Numbered from the stretch's first letter, positions 29,301 through 44,127 are shown. The stretch: 64,000 bases of DNA from Neocallimastix sp. 'constans' (GCA_050613775.1 JBODTK010000139.1:310001-374000); one strand, 5' to 3'. Made by a program: numbers and translations. Notes: generated by a model not told the origin, from the letters alone.

Positions 29301-32300
29301 TTTTATTAATTTTTAAAAATAAAATTCAAAAAAATAGTAATATCTAATATAATAGAAGGAGGTAATTTTTTATTTAATTTAATAAATAATTATTATAATA
29401 AAAAAGATTATAAATATTCATTTATTAAATTTTTATTTTTAAAATATAAATTAGAATATTATGTTAATGATAATAAAGAACTTGTAAAATGTATTTCTGA
29501 AAATAATTGTAATGTTATTTCACATAAGGATAATTATGCGTATATAGATTCATCTAAAAAGGATAATAATAAATATTCCAATATAATAACATGTTCTGGT
29601 AGTATATGCTCTTCAATAGATGGATCTATGGAAAGAGCGTATGCGTATATTAGTGGTGAAGATCCGAAAAAAGTTATTTGGTGTAATTCTGAAAATGGAT
29701 GTGAAGTACATGATAATAATGCAACGGAAAATGAAAAAACATATTATATTAATGCTTTGAATTATAAAACTATTATTATATGTTCGATATCTCAATGTAC
29801 AATTGAGGAAAGTGGAGCAAAAAGTAATGAATATCCTGAAACGAAATATTATATGAGTGGTGTTAATAATGTTGATATGATTCGTTGTTATGCTAGCAAT
29901 TGCATTTCATTCACAGGTAAATAAATTTCAAAATATAAATATATTAAATTAATAAATTTTTCTATTTAAAATTATAAATATTTATAATTATTTAAATAAA
30001 ATATATATATAAATATTTTTTTTTTGCTTTTTAAAATAATATTTTTATTATTAAATTTATTATTAATTATTTTATAATTTTTGTACATGTTATTTATAAA
30101 ATATTATTAATAAATTAATAAAAATTATATTTAATAAATAAATATATTTTTTATTAAATGTATAAATATATTATTTTAAAATATTAATTTCTTATAAATT
30201 TGAAAATTATTAGCAAAAAGTTTTGCATATGGTTATTATGTCAATAAAGAAGATAATGATCATGTTACATATATTCAATGTGATTTTAATTCGTGTAAAA
30301 AAATAAATCCAATAATTGGATCATGTAGTGATTCTGGAAATATAGGAAAACTCGTGAAATTAACGGAATCCTCCCCAGTAAAAATTTGTATAAATATTAA
30401 TGATAATGAAGCTGTTGAATTTAAAGAATATGAAAAAAATACATTTTTCCGTATATCAGATGGATTTGCTGGTATAAATGGATTAACATTTATTAGTGTT
30501 AACTCTTATCAAGCTCATTCTAGATCAGGTAAATAATATTTATTTCGCTATATTTATTTAATTATTAATAAATTAAATTTATAATTTAATTAAAATAATT
30601 TTTTTTTTAAAAAAATTACTAATATTATTATTATTTCATAAATAATTTTTATTTTATTTATTTATATATATATATAGAAATATTTTTTAATAAAATCGAA
30701 AATGGAGATTATGGATTAAATGTTACATTCTGTGATCCATTCTCTTATAGATGTAAAGATAGTTTAGCAATATCTGGTGAATATTATGAATTTAATGGAG
30801 ATCTTTATCTTACTACACCAACAAAAATGGTATATATTAGTGATATATTCAATAAGAATTTACCTGCTGGTCTTTATGTTAATCAATTTAGAGATCACCA
30901 TGTTGAAGAAGGACATAAAAGTGTTGGTACTACATGGCATCCTACAAGTTGTAATAAGTCAAATATTGGAAGATTCTTTTTCATAAATGAAAGTAAAATT
31001 CCAAAACTTTGTCTCGATTATGATGAAATTACTAATTCTCCAATTATCACTCAAGAATTAGGAACCGGAATGTATCTTATGAAATTGGGAAAACAAAATG
31101 TATTTAATTTTGAAGAAAACAGTTACGTTATTGTATCAGTGGATTCTCATAAGTATACATTAGTAAATTCAGGTAAATATAAATTTTATATATTGAAATA
31201 AATCTCTATTCAATATTAAATATTTATAAATATTATTATAAATATTAATAAATATATTAAAAATTAAAATTAATAATTGAAACAATCGTTTATTTTATAT
31301 AAAATTAATAAAAAAAAATATATTAAAAAGGAAATAATACTTATTGTGTTAATAGTGTAAATAGAGCAGCTACACTTAAAGAAGAAGGAAATAATTGTTA
31401 TGAATTAGAAACTACATGCAATAATAATATTTGTTCTTCTCCAAGTATTATATTTTATGAAACAAATATTAATATTAATATCATTATTTCTATATTAAAT
31501 ATATTTTAAATAATAAATATATTAATACTTTTATTATTATTATAATTTTTTAAATTATTATTATTTCATTTTCAAAATTTACATTAAAATTTATTACTTT
31601 GTAAAAAAAATTCGAAAAAGTAGCGACATCAAATTTAATAGAAGGAAAAGAAGGAGGTAATTTTTTATTTAAATTAATAAAAAATTTATTATAATAAAAA
31701 GATTATAAATATTCATTTATTAAATTTTTATTTTTAAAATATAAATTAGAATATTATGTTAATGATAACAAAGAACTTGTAAAATGTATTTCTGAAAATA
31801 ATTGTAATGTTATATCACATAAGGATAATTATGCGTATATAGATTCATCTAAAAAGGATAATAATAAATATTCCAATGTCATAACATGTTCTGGTAGTAT
31901 ATGCTCTTCAAAACCTGGATCTATGGAAAAAGCGTATTCGTATATTAGTGGTGAAGATCCGAAAAAAGTTATTTGGTGTAATTCTGAAAATGGATGTGAA
32001 GTACATGATAATAATGCAACGGAAAATGAAAAAACATATTATATTAATGCTTTGAATTATAAAACTGTTATTATATGTTCGATATCTCAATGTACATTTG
32101 AGGAAAGTGGAGCAAAAAACAATGAATATCCTAAAGAAAAATATTATATGAGTGGTGCTAATAATGTTGATATGATTCGTTGTTATGCTAGCAATTGCAT
32201 TTCATTCACAGGTAAATAAATTTCAAAATTTACATATATTAAATTTATAAATTTTTCTATTTAAAATTATAAATATTTATAATTATTTAAATAAAAATTA

Positions 32301-34481
32301 TATTTAATAATTAAATATATTTTTTATTAAATGTATAAATATATTATCTTAAAATATAAATTTCTTATAAATTTGAAAATTATTAGCAAAAAGTTTTGCA
32401 TATGGTTATTATGTCAATAAAGAAGATAATGATCATGTTACATATATTCAATGTGATTTTAATTCGTGTAAAAAAATAAATCCAATAATTGGATCATGTA
32501 GTGATTCTGGAAATATAGGAAAACTCGTGAAATTAACGGAATCCTCCCCAGTAAAAATTTGTATTAATATAAATGATAATGAAGCTGTTGAATTTAAAGA
32601 ATATGAAAAAAATACATTTTTCCGTATATCAGATGGATTTGCTGGTATAAATGGATTAACATTTATTAGTGTTAACTCTTATCAAGCTCATTCTAGATCA
32701 GGTAAATAATATTTATTTCGCTATATTTATTTAATTATTAATAAATTAAATTTATAATTTAATTAAAATAATTTTTTTTTTAAAAAAATTACTAATATTA
32801 TTATTATTTCATAAATAATTTTTATTTTATTTATTTATATATATATATAGAAATATTTTTTAATAAAATCGAAAATGGAGATTATGGATTAAATGTTACA
32901 TTCTGTGATCCATTCTCTTATAGATGTAAAGATAGTTTAGCAATATCTGGTGAATATTATGAATTTAATGGAGATCTTTATCTTACTACACCAACAAAAA
33001 TGGTATATATTAGTGATATATTCAATAAGAATTTACCTGCTGGTCTTTATGTTAATCAATTTAGAGATCACCATGTTGAAGAAGGACATAAAAGTGTTGG
33101 TACTACATGGCATCCTACAAGTTGTAATAAGTCAAATATTGGAAGATTCTTTTTCATAAATGAAAGTAAAATTCCAAAACTTTGTCTCGATTATGATGAA
33201 ATTACTAATTCTCCAATTATCACTCAAGAATTAGGAACCGGAATGTATCTTATGAAATTGGGAAAACAAAATGTATTTAATTATGCAGAAAACACTTATG
33301 TTATTGTATCAGTGACTTCTCATAAATATACATTAGTAAATTCAGGTATATTTAATTTTTATATATTGAAATAAATCTATATTAAATAATACATAATTAT
33401 AAATATTACTACTAGTCTTTTTAAATAAATAAAATATTAAAATAAATCATTGAAACAATAATTTGTTTTATATAAAATTAATTATAAAAAATATATCAAA
33501 AAGGAAATAATACTTATTGTATTGATAGTGTAAATAGAGCAGCTACACTTAAAGAAGAAAGAAAAAATTGTCCTGAATTAGAAACTTCATGCAATAATAA
33601 TATTTGTTCTTCTCCAAATTCTACCAAATTTAAAGGTAATAATAAAAATTAATTATTTATTGATTTTAATAAAAATTGGTATAATAATTTTATAATTTAT
33701 TTATATTAAAATATAATATAAATATATTATATAAATATATATAATTAATATTATAAAACAAATTTAATTATATATATAATTAAAATATATATATATAATA
33801 TAAATATAATAATGAAGATGGTGATGCCTACTTAGGTGCTGATGGTAAAGTCATTGAATGTAAAGAAGATAAAAGAAAACATAAAGTTGTATGTGAATCC
33901 GAGAATATAGTAAACGCCATTTATATAAATTCAAATAAAGCTGATTATGATAATAAACTTACCAATGCCATAATTATTTGTGATACATCCATAACTTCTC
34001 GCAATAAATGTTCCATCCAAACGGCCAACATCGGTTTCTACATTAACGGTGGCAGTGATAAGGCGACAAGACCTTTAATTCAATGTGACACTACTAATGG
34101 TTGTTCAAAACCTGAAAAAGCTCCTGCTACTGGTAAATATTTAGATGCTAGCTCTGTCGTGAAGGATGCAGAAGATGCAGAAGGAAATATCTATGGTTAT
34201 AAAAAATTAATTACTTGTACTCTTAATGATGAAACAGAAAGCCTCTCCTGTACATCTGGAAATGCTATTAATGGATTCTATGCTGATGCTAGTACTTATA
34301 CTCTTGGTGACAAAGAAGGTGCTTTTGCAACTTATTCAAAAATCATTAATTGTACTACCAAGGATACTGGAGATAACGATGTTGGCACCATCTGTGTGGA
34401 CACCACAAACTTTTCGGCTGGTAATGTCTATTTAAATGCTGAAGACACTACCACTAATCCAATCCTTCAATGTAGTGAAAT

Positions 34482-34514
<33 letters not shown>

Positions 34515-37500
34515 TTCTGTTCGGTGTTCAAAAACAGCCAAAGCAGGTGTTTTCTTAGATGCTAGTTCTATTGGTACTGGTAAAAATACTTCTTATTCAA
34601 AATTAATTATATGTTCTAGCACAACAAACTGTTATTCAAGAGAAGGTACCCAAGGTGTCTATCTTGATGGAAGCAACCTAACAACCACAAACGGCGTTAC
34701 CTACTCCACCAAGATAATTACCTGTGCCCCTACTGGTAATTGTATTTCTGTTGCTGGTACTTCTGGTTCTGTCTATGTTAATTCAGCCGTAAGCAACAGT
34801 TTAATTAATGCCTTAATTGAATGTAGAGACATTATCACAAATGGTGCTATCGAAAGACATGTCGTTAAGAAGGACAGGGAACCGGTATGCTCACTCAAAA
34901 CGGTCATATTCGCTACTTTCGGTGAGACTGAAAAAATCTATATGAATGGTAATGTTAATAACGATAAAGAACATTTCCTTATTAAATGTGCTAGAAGTGG
35001 TGGATGTCAAACCATTACCACTCCAAATGCTTCCACTGCTGTAGAAAATGATGTGGAATACTATGTCAATGCGGCCCAAACGGGTCTAGCTGATTCCATC
35101 ATCCAATGTGTATTGAGTAAGCTTTCAAGAAAAAAGCGTACCATTGGGTTAACTGCTTCGTGTACAAATATTATTACGGTACCAACTCCAGGACAAATCT
35201 ATATTAACAGTTTCAATAAAAAATTAATTCAATGTGCTGGCAACGCTTGTACCGCTTTTAGTGGCGTTCTCGGATCTACAGATTCTCCAGCTTTTTATGT
35301 CAATGCTGCAGCACCAGTGTCTCATACAGATTATTCAAAACTTTTAATTAAATGTAGTGGTACCAGCTGCGAAGTTACTGATGGAGCTGCCAATGCTGTG
35401 TATATCAACAGTAACTTTAAGGATAACATCAAAAATTTAAAGGGGGATTCGGACAAACATTTAATTATTTGTAGTAAAAATAAATGTGAAACTAGAAATA
35501 TTAAAACAGCCACAAGTGCCAGCTACTTCATTAACGGAGGTATTGTTACTAATGGTACTTCAAATGCAAAAAACAAACGTCCATTAATTGGAGATATAAT
35601 TGAATGTAAGGCTGGTGATTCTAGTATTAAATGTCATGTTATCAATGGTAATTATGGTGACGTATATATTAATGGTAATTTTAATAAAAATGAAATAGAT
35701 TCAAACCCTATTGGTATTGATGAAACTAAAAATCCTTTAATTAAATGTTTTGAAACTGGATGCATTACCGTTAAAGTTACAGGTGATAATCTTGATAAAA
35801 TTCCACAATATTATATTAATTCAGGTAATAAGGCTTCTAATAAGTTATCCGAAGCTATTATTAAATGTTTAAAACCTGATACTGCCTGTGAAGTTATTGA
35901 AGCTAAGGCCAATGGAGTTTATCTCAATGCCAATGAAAATCAACCGGAAAAGCCACTTATTAAATGCACAAAAAATGATTGTTTCAACATGGTCAGCACA
36001 GCCACAGAAAGTAAAAGGGAATATTATATTAATGCCGGAAAAGCAGATCTCACCCCACTTAATTATGATATTATTGAATGTTCTATTGATAGTTTAAATT
36101 CTATAGATAATAATGGTAAAAAAAATGCTACTATCAGTGGTAATACTTGCAAATATCTTGATAAGGATACTGTAAGTCTAGGTATCTATATAAATTCTAA
36201 CTATTCTGAATCTGGAGATGGTTATCAATTAATTCAATGTAGTAATGAAAGTGGTTGTGTAGGTATCGAGAGTAAATCCACATCCAAGGATGTAGAATAC
36301 TATGTTAATGCTGAAAGTATAGATTTGAACAATGCCATTATTTTCTGTTCCAATAAAAAGTGTGAAAAACAAACACCAGCTGATGTCAATTTGTACTATG
36401 TTGGTAAAGATGGCGAAAATGTCGATGGTTTGATTGAATGCAAGAATTTTGAAGAAGCTACTGAAGAAGAAAAAAATAAAAATGAAAAAAATGAAAAAAA
36501 TGAAAAAAATGAAAAAAATGAAAAAAATGAAAAAAATGAAAAGAATGAAAAAAATGAAAAAAATGAAAAAAATGAAAAAAATGAAAAAAATGAAAAAAAT
36601 GAAAAAAATGAAAAAAATGAAAAAAAGGAAAAAAATGAAAAAAATGAAAAAAATGAAAAAAATGAAAAAAATGAAAAAAAGGAAAAAAATGAAAAAAAAG
36701 AAAAAAATAAAAGAAATGAAAAAAAGGAAAAAAAGGAAAAAAAGGAAAAAAAGGAAAAAAATGAAAAAAATGAAAAAAATGAAAAAAATGAAAAAAATGA
36801 AAAAAATGAAAAAAATGAAAAAAATGAAAAAAATGAAAAAAATGAAAAAAATGAAAAAAATGAAAAAAATGAAAAAAATGAAAAAAATGAAAAAAATGAA
36901 AAAAATGAAAAAAATGAAAAAAATGAAAAAAATGAAAAAAATGAAAAAAATGAAAAAAATGAAAAAAATGAAAAAAATGAAAAAAATGAAAAAAATGAAA
37001 ATAATGAAAAAAAGCAAAATACTATTGCAAATAAATGTATCTTGAAATCTGCTTTTACTTCTCAAGGGTACTATTTAAATGGTGGATATAATAAATCTGT
37101 CAATCAAACCATTATATGTGATGTGATTGATGGTTGCAAGACTTTAAAGGTTGATTTAGGTTACTATGTTAACGCCGGAAATAAATCTAAACCAATAATT
37201 AAATGTGAAAAGGAAGGAAATGAGTGTGTTGAGGAAGAATCCCCTCCATGTCCAAATGCCTCTAAATTTGTTCCTGGAAATTACTGTTATGAAGGAGATC
37301 AATTGAAATTCTTCCCAAACAGTAATAGTATTGCCGTTGCTGCTTCTAAGTTTAATGATATCTATGTCTTTGCTACCATTCCAAGTAATGGATTCCCAGG
37401 TATTAAAAGTAAAACTAGTACTTTATTCAAGATTTCTCGTTACTTCATTAATCGCTTTTATCAAAGCGGTGCTATTATGATTGATAATAATGGCAAATTA

Positions 37501-40269
37501 GTAGATAGTTTAGATGGTAATCAATCTAATATTTCCCTTTATACCTGTAATGAAGACACTAACGAATATTCTAAACGTTCAAAATGTATTTCCAACACTT
37601 ACATGTTCGATTCTGAAAACAGCAAGACAATTTTCTGTAATAATGGTAATTTAGAATATGTTCATTTTACTGGTTATGTCGTTGATGGTAATCGTGTCAC
37701 TGGTGGTAATAAACATCCATATATCATTCATTGTATAAATGGAAAAAAATGTATTAGTATCAAACCAAAGGTCTCCACCTATTATGAAAACAGCGGTTAT
37801 GACCACGATAAAAAAAGTTTAATTCATTGTAGCAATAAAAATTGTATTACAGTCACCGCTGATGTTGGTTACTATGTTGCTCATGGAGAGAGTAACAATA
37901 TGGGTATTATAAAATGTTTCACCGCCACCAGCTGTACCTACAGTCAGGTCAAGAACAATGTTAATTATGTTAATGCTGGCTCGGATAAAAAAAATTCTGC
38001 TCTTATTAAATGTAAGAAAGGTAAATGTACCGTTGCTAAGGCCAAGTCTGGATACTTCTTCACTCATACTAGTACCCTTTTAATTCATTGTACTAGCCCA
38101 ACATCCTGTGTTGAAATTACACCAACCGTTAACTACTATGAAAACGCTGATTCCTCCGAAAGTAGCAATACCATAATCAACTGTGTTCAAAATAGAAAAA
38201 TTGTTACTTGTGCCTCTGAAACTATAAATAATGGTTTCTATATGTCCAGTTCATCCAATGTTTTAATCCATTGTAACTCTGGCTCCAAATGTAAAACTAA
38301 AATTATTAATAATGGTATTTTTAGAGGAGCTTTCAAGAGTCGAACTTCCAATAGCAAACGCTCGACAATTACTCAAAATATTCAAAATGTTCAAAACGTT
38401 CATAATCGTGATATTGATGAAGATACTACGGAAGATGGAAGAAAGGATCTCAACTTAAGAGATAATGGCGATGATGCCTATGGTATTATTCGTTGTGTTT
38501 CCGGTATATGTTCTGTTCTATCAGCCAATGAATTAGCAACCATTCCAATATGTGAATTTAACAATAATAAGTGTTATATTACCTTGGAATATTCTATGAC
38601 CAAATCTGCTACCACTTCTATTAACGCTGGCAACATCTGTACAAATAGCAATCGTTCCATTTTCTATTTTGCTACTGACACTGTTGTCGTCAAACCTAAC
38701 GTTATTTCTGGGGTCACCTCCACCTATATCTACACCACTACCAACTCCAACTGTCTCGAAGTTAATGACTCCTATAGTAATATGTTCTTCACTGTCGGTT
38801 CCAATATCTACACTATTAATCAAGGAAGTGTCATTCAATTCTCGGAAACTGGTTACTATTTCCTTAATGTTGCTAAGAATACTCTTGTGAAAGGTAATAT
38901 AATTGATGCTTACAACGATAAAAATGTCAAGCTCTACAGTTGTAATGGAAAAAGTTGTAGCATTGTTGATAAGCCAGATACCGACACCTATTATGCTGAT
39001 GTTAATAAGCATATTTTGAAATACAATGTTAATAATGATGTCTATACTTTTGCCTATAAAAATAATGTCATCTGTATCTTTGCCAATAACAAGTGTACAC
39101 CAAATGCAGATTTGAAGAATCAAGAATTCTGTATTACCTACAAAGGTGAAATTGTTCTCGCTGCTACCGATATAAAGAATCGTGAGACCGGCGAATGTTA
39201 TCGTTCCAAAAGCATCAATTCCTACCTCTATGGATACTCTCTGTACGAACATCTCTATTATATGAACGAATTTGCCGCTCAAATGGTAGATCAAACAGGA
39301 TTTTACATTATTAATCTCTATACCAATAATACTGTTATCACTATGAACAATAAGAAAAAGAGTAGCAATATTGTAGTCTATGGTTGTAACCTTTCCACAT
39401 GTCGTGTCTATGAACCCAATGAAGATATATACTACTATAATGTTCAAGCCAAGAACATCTTAAGATATAAAGATGGTATCTGGAGCTCTCCAAGTACTTC
39501 TGGTTATGCCTATATAGCCTTAGATCCAACGAACAGCTATATCTTCAAGTTTGCTAAGAACCAAGAAAAAATTACCCTTCAAGCTCGTGCCAATAACGGA
39601 TATTACTATACGGTTGATCATGAGATGTACTACTGTAATCAAGAAAATGGAGCATGTAAGCCAATTGATAAAACTGGTTACTACTTCACCAATGAGAGAC
39701 AACTCTATTACTGTGTCCACGATTCTGAAGTACTTGAACCCGTCGAATGTGTCAAGCAATCCTGTGTCCCTAGACAATATTATTACATCAATAATGCTTA
39801 TTACTATTGCAAAGGTAGCTCTCTTTTCGTTCCTGTCGTTTCACGTTACTGTTCGTACGATGATTATGTCGTCGTTAACTTCCCACTCGCTTTAACTAAA
39901 GAATTTCCAGACCAGATTAAACAAGCAGTTGACAATATTCAAAAGAACAACAAATCCACTGCTGTCGTCTCCAGTCCTGAAAAGAACTCTCTTGAATCAA
40001 TAAGTGGTATCTTCACTAACTGTACATACAATGTCGAAGAAGCCAAGTCCTCCTTCGATCTCGTATGTGTCAATAACTATGTTATTATTGATGAAAAAGC
40101 TCATGAAGCCAAGATCTGTAATGTTGAACAACTTGGCTATGTCAAATGTATTGAGGATGAAGATAATCCTGAAAAGTGTAATGTCAGTAGTGCTTTCCGT
40201 TCTTGGAAGCTCTCCCCCTTCCTAATTGCCATTCTTTTTATCTTTATTCTTATAATGAACTCCTTCTAA
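20336..40269 (+). CDS. Giant multi-exon scaffoldin-like surface protein (~5,000 aa) with signal peptide and C-terminal hydrophobic anchor
   Basis: Hand splice model: exons 20336-20355 and 20456-20502, then six 5-exon modules (module 1: 20592-20621, 20707-21168, 21417-21731, 21916-22410, 22570-22683), last exon 33818-40269. N-terminus MRFSMNFLIFTFIYYQILRYSIVLA. Recurrent (G)YY(V/I)N..LIxC..C motif typical of anaerobic-fungal scaffoldins; hydrophobic C-terminus. Confidence 0.8.
20592..33635 (+). repeat. Six tandem ~2.15-2.3 kb exon/intron modules
   Basis: Units start near 20592, 22856, 25020, 27178, 29338 and 31621; exons and introns are both highly similar (KLTESSPVKICININDNE six times). Confidence 0.97.
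36478..37012 (+). repeat. Coding 9-bp tandem repeat (AATGAAAAA)n encoding (NEK)n
   Basis: About 59 in-frame units with KEK variants in the middle. Confidence 0.97.
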
Positions 40270-41299
40270 TGAGGAACAAAATAAAAATAAATCAATTGAT
40301 ATTCAAAAAAAATAGAACCATTAATCAGGTAAATCAAAAATCAAAAATCAAAAAACAAAAACAAAACAAAACAAAACAAAAAAAAAAAAAAAAAAAAAAA
40401 AAAAACTTCACAAATCCAAAATTATTTACCAGTCATTTCCTTTTAATTATTTTATAAAGTTATTAACTTTTGATATTAAATATTAAAAAAAATTTTTTTC
40501 TTTCTAATATTTATAAATTATACCATTTAATTACAAAAATTAATTTTTTTTTTATTGATTAATAAAAAATATAAACTTCATTTATATATTTCATATAGAT
40601 AAAGAAATATTTATCTTTTTATATTATTATTTTCATATTTTTTTTTTCATATTTTTTTATATAAATATTTCTTTTATTACACTTTATGATTTTTTTATTA
40701 AAAAAAAAAAAAAAAAAAAAGGAATTATTTTCATTTATTTATAACATATAAATAATATATTAAATAATAGTAGCAATTCAATAAAAGGTATTTAAATATA
40801 AAAAAATAATATTTAATTTACTTATAGTTTCATAATTTAAAAATTTTACCTGTTCTTATTTTTTTTTAAAAAAAAAAAATAAAAATAAAAATAAAAATAA
40901 ACATAATAAAATCTTTATAACATTAATTACCGTCTTAATGTACAATTAACATCTATAATTTCTTGATTTTTATTACTCATTTTTAGTAAGAATTTTTTAA
41001 TTATCGTATACTTAAATATTATATTAGCAAATATATTTTTTATTGTATTGGTATACAATAAAAAAATATTTAAATATAAAAAAAAAAAAAATAATATTTA
41101 ATTTATATACAATTTCATATTTTATAAGAGTTTTATTTGCACTTAATTTTTGTTTTTATTTTTGATTTTTATTGTAAAAATAATGTATCTATAAACAGTT
41201 AGCAAATACAGCTAATCAAATAAAATCTTTTTATTTATTTTCGTACATTTTATAGTTTATTTTATTATAAGTTATATAGTTATAGTTTGTTTTATTAAA

Positions 41300-41469
41300 T
41301 GATTAGTAAATCGCATAAAATATATAATCTTGGAGTCTTCAATATTTTCAAGCTTTATCCAAAGCTCTAAAATCAGACTTCCAAGTCTTAAATATTCAAA
41401 TTTTCTTTAGATATTTTCTCAATTATCTTTAAGTCCCTTTTTTAAATCTTTAAAATTAATTGAACTCAT
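41300..41469 (-). pseudogene. Decayed gag N-terminus
   Basis: MSSINFKDLKKGLKD..., then LWIKLENIEDSKIIY; aligns by eye with the ORF at 1-247. Confidence 0.6.
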
Positions 41470-41666
41470 TTTAAAACACACTTAAATATAAAAATTAAAT
41501 TGTAAAATAAATTAAAAATTATAAATAAATAAATAAATATAGCAATTAATAAATTAATAAAATAAAAAAATTTTTTTAAGTAATTTATATCTCTAGAGAG
41601 ACGTTTCCTAATATTTAGTGTACTTTATACTTTATTATTATATTATTATATTTAATTATTATTATA

Positions 41667-41717
<51 letters not shown>

Positions 41718-42077
41718 TTAACAATATTGTTGATATATTAATATTTAAATCAGTTAATTAAAATAATATTATATTAATAAATATTTAATAGTTAAATATT
41801 ATATCAATATAGTGCATATACATATATATCAGTATATGCAATATATGCTATTATTATACTAAATATATAGAATTATAATATTTATAAAATGATTATAGTT
41901 TCTAGACAGTTGAACTAGTTAGCGTATACTGATATTATTACAATATTGCTATGTTATTGATATATTAATATATTTGCTAAACCATTAATATCAATAATAT
42001 AGAGTTAAATTATATAATCAACTAGTTATTTTTAAACTATTAATATATCAATTATATATATATAAAAAAAAGGAAAA

Positions 42078-42123
<46 letters not shown>

Positions 42124-42146
42124 ATAATTTGAATTTTTATTATATA

Positions 42147-42298
42147 TTTGAATTTTTATTTATTTATTCATTCATTCATTTATATCAATACACCACTTTG
42201 GCGAAATGCAACCCGACAGTATGAAAGGGTGAGTTGCATTTCGCTAAAGTGGTGTATTGATATAAATGAATGAATGAATAAATAAATAATAATTCAAA
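42147..42298. repeat. Inverted repeat of two MULE-type termini (66-bp arms, 20-bp spacer)
   Basis: ...tatatcaatacaccactttggcgaaatgcaac / ccgacagtatgaaagggtga / gttgcatttcgctaaagtggtgtattgatata...; same sequence family as 54595-54680. Confidence 0.85.
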
Positions 42299-42418
42299 AA
42301 TTTTTTTTTTTTTTAATCTTGTTTTTTATTCAAATTATGTTTTTTTTTTTTTTTTAATATATTAATATCTAAGGATGAAATTATTAAAGACATTTTTAAC
42401 CATTTTAACTTTAATAAT

Positions 42419-42479
<61 letters not shown>

Positions 42480-42810
42480 TAAAGGTACCTGGTTCGATTT
42501 TTTTTTTTTTTTTTTTTTTTTGGCAATAAAAATTGATAGTGTTGATGAACTTTTTTCAACTTTGAAAGTCTACTGAAAAAGCTCTTCCTCTTTCCCAATT
42601 TCCTCATCAAGGGATATCAAATATTATGGTGATCACAAATTTTTTTTTTTTTTTCATAAGAAGTTCAAGGCATTTATCATTAATTCACCTAATAAATTAT
42701 TTTTAGTAATAAAAAATAATGATTCATGATTCATCAGTGGTAGTTCTCTTGCAATAGACTAAAGAGCGTTTAATAATTAGATATAAAAGGATAGGATAGT
42801 CAACATTAAC

Positions 42811-42845
<35 letters not shown>

Positions 42846-43085
42846 CTTGATATTTTATTCCAGCCTACTAGAGTTGACGAAGGCATGAATCAATGTCTGA
42901 TGAAACATTTACCTCCCTTTTATCAATGAAATAGATAAATCATGAATCGGAAGAATAAACCAGTTTACCAAGGTTACTATAGGCTAATTTTGTCTGGTAA
43001 ATCAGTGGTGCTCATGCTAAAGTCTCCAAGAAGAACAAAATGGAGGATTCGTGTGATTCTGAAGCCATGTGCAAACTTCACAGAA
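42480..43085 (-). pseudogene. Decayed LINE AP-endonuclease fragment
   Basis: FVLLGDFSM (GDFN-type motif, 43013-43039) and a frameshifted SDID..FVN motif. Confidence 0.55.
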
Positions 43086-43782
43086 TAAAAAAAAAAAAAA
43101 AAAAAGATTAATCTATCCTATAATAAAAATTATTTAATTTGACTTTATTACAATATGAGTATTTTAATGAAACACTTAAATAAACAAAAATAATAATATA
43201 TGAAAATAGTAATGATTTTATATATATAATAAGAATATAATTTTTTTTACAAATTATTTTATTATTTTTTATTTTTATTTTTATTTTTTATTTTAATTCT
43301 TTATTTTTATTTTTATTTTTTATTTTTTATTTTTTTATTTTTTTATTTTTTTATTTTTTTTTTTTTAGACTAAAAATTCATTTTTATTTCATAATGATTT
43401 TTACCAAATAAATCATCGTTCAAATAAAATTAGCATTATTAGTGTTACCATTCCACAAAATAATTGAAATTAAAATTATTTTAAAATCCTGAAAAATAGG
43501 AATATTAATCCTAAATAATAATTAAATTAGAAAAGTAGATACTTTTTTTTCTTTTCAATACAAAATCATTAAAAATATTGGTGTTAATCAATAAACTTAT
43601 TTAATAAATTAGCAGTATCAATTATTTATATTAATAAAGAATAATAAAAGATAGATAAACATATTATTATATATATATAACACATAAATATATAAGCAAT
43701 TAGAATTACATTTCAAAAAAATAGAGTAGCCTATATATATTTTTTTAACTAAGATATTATTTTATTTTTTATTTTTTATTTT

Positions 43783-43903
<121 letters not shown>

Positions 43904-44081
43904 ATTCATCAAGAATAATTTTTTTTTTTTTTTTTTATTTTTAATTTCTTTTTTTTTTTTTTTTTTTATTTTTGTCCTTTTTTTTATTCATCATTCATCA
44001 AGAATAAATTTTTTATTTTTTTTTTTTATTTTAAATAATATACTAAATCAAGGCAATAAGGAATTAATAGCATAAATATAA

Positions 44082-44127
<46 letters not shown>

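Noticed and set aside
21557..33374. Many repeated 60-180 aa ORFs as separate genes
   Set aside because: They are exon pieces of one spliced gene; similarity stops at GT-AG boundaries.
20592..33635. CRISPR-like or satellite array
   Set aside because: Units are ~2.2 kb coding modules with no repeat-spacer structure.
36229..37065. (FFI)n antisense ORF and (KKM)n alternate-frame ORF
   Set aside because: Automatic readings of the 9-bp repeat.
38533..39777. Antisense ORFs up to 304 aa
   Set aside because: Shadow frames of the scaffoldin exon.
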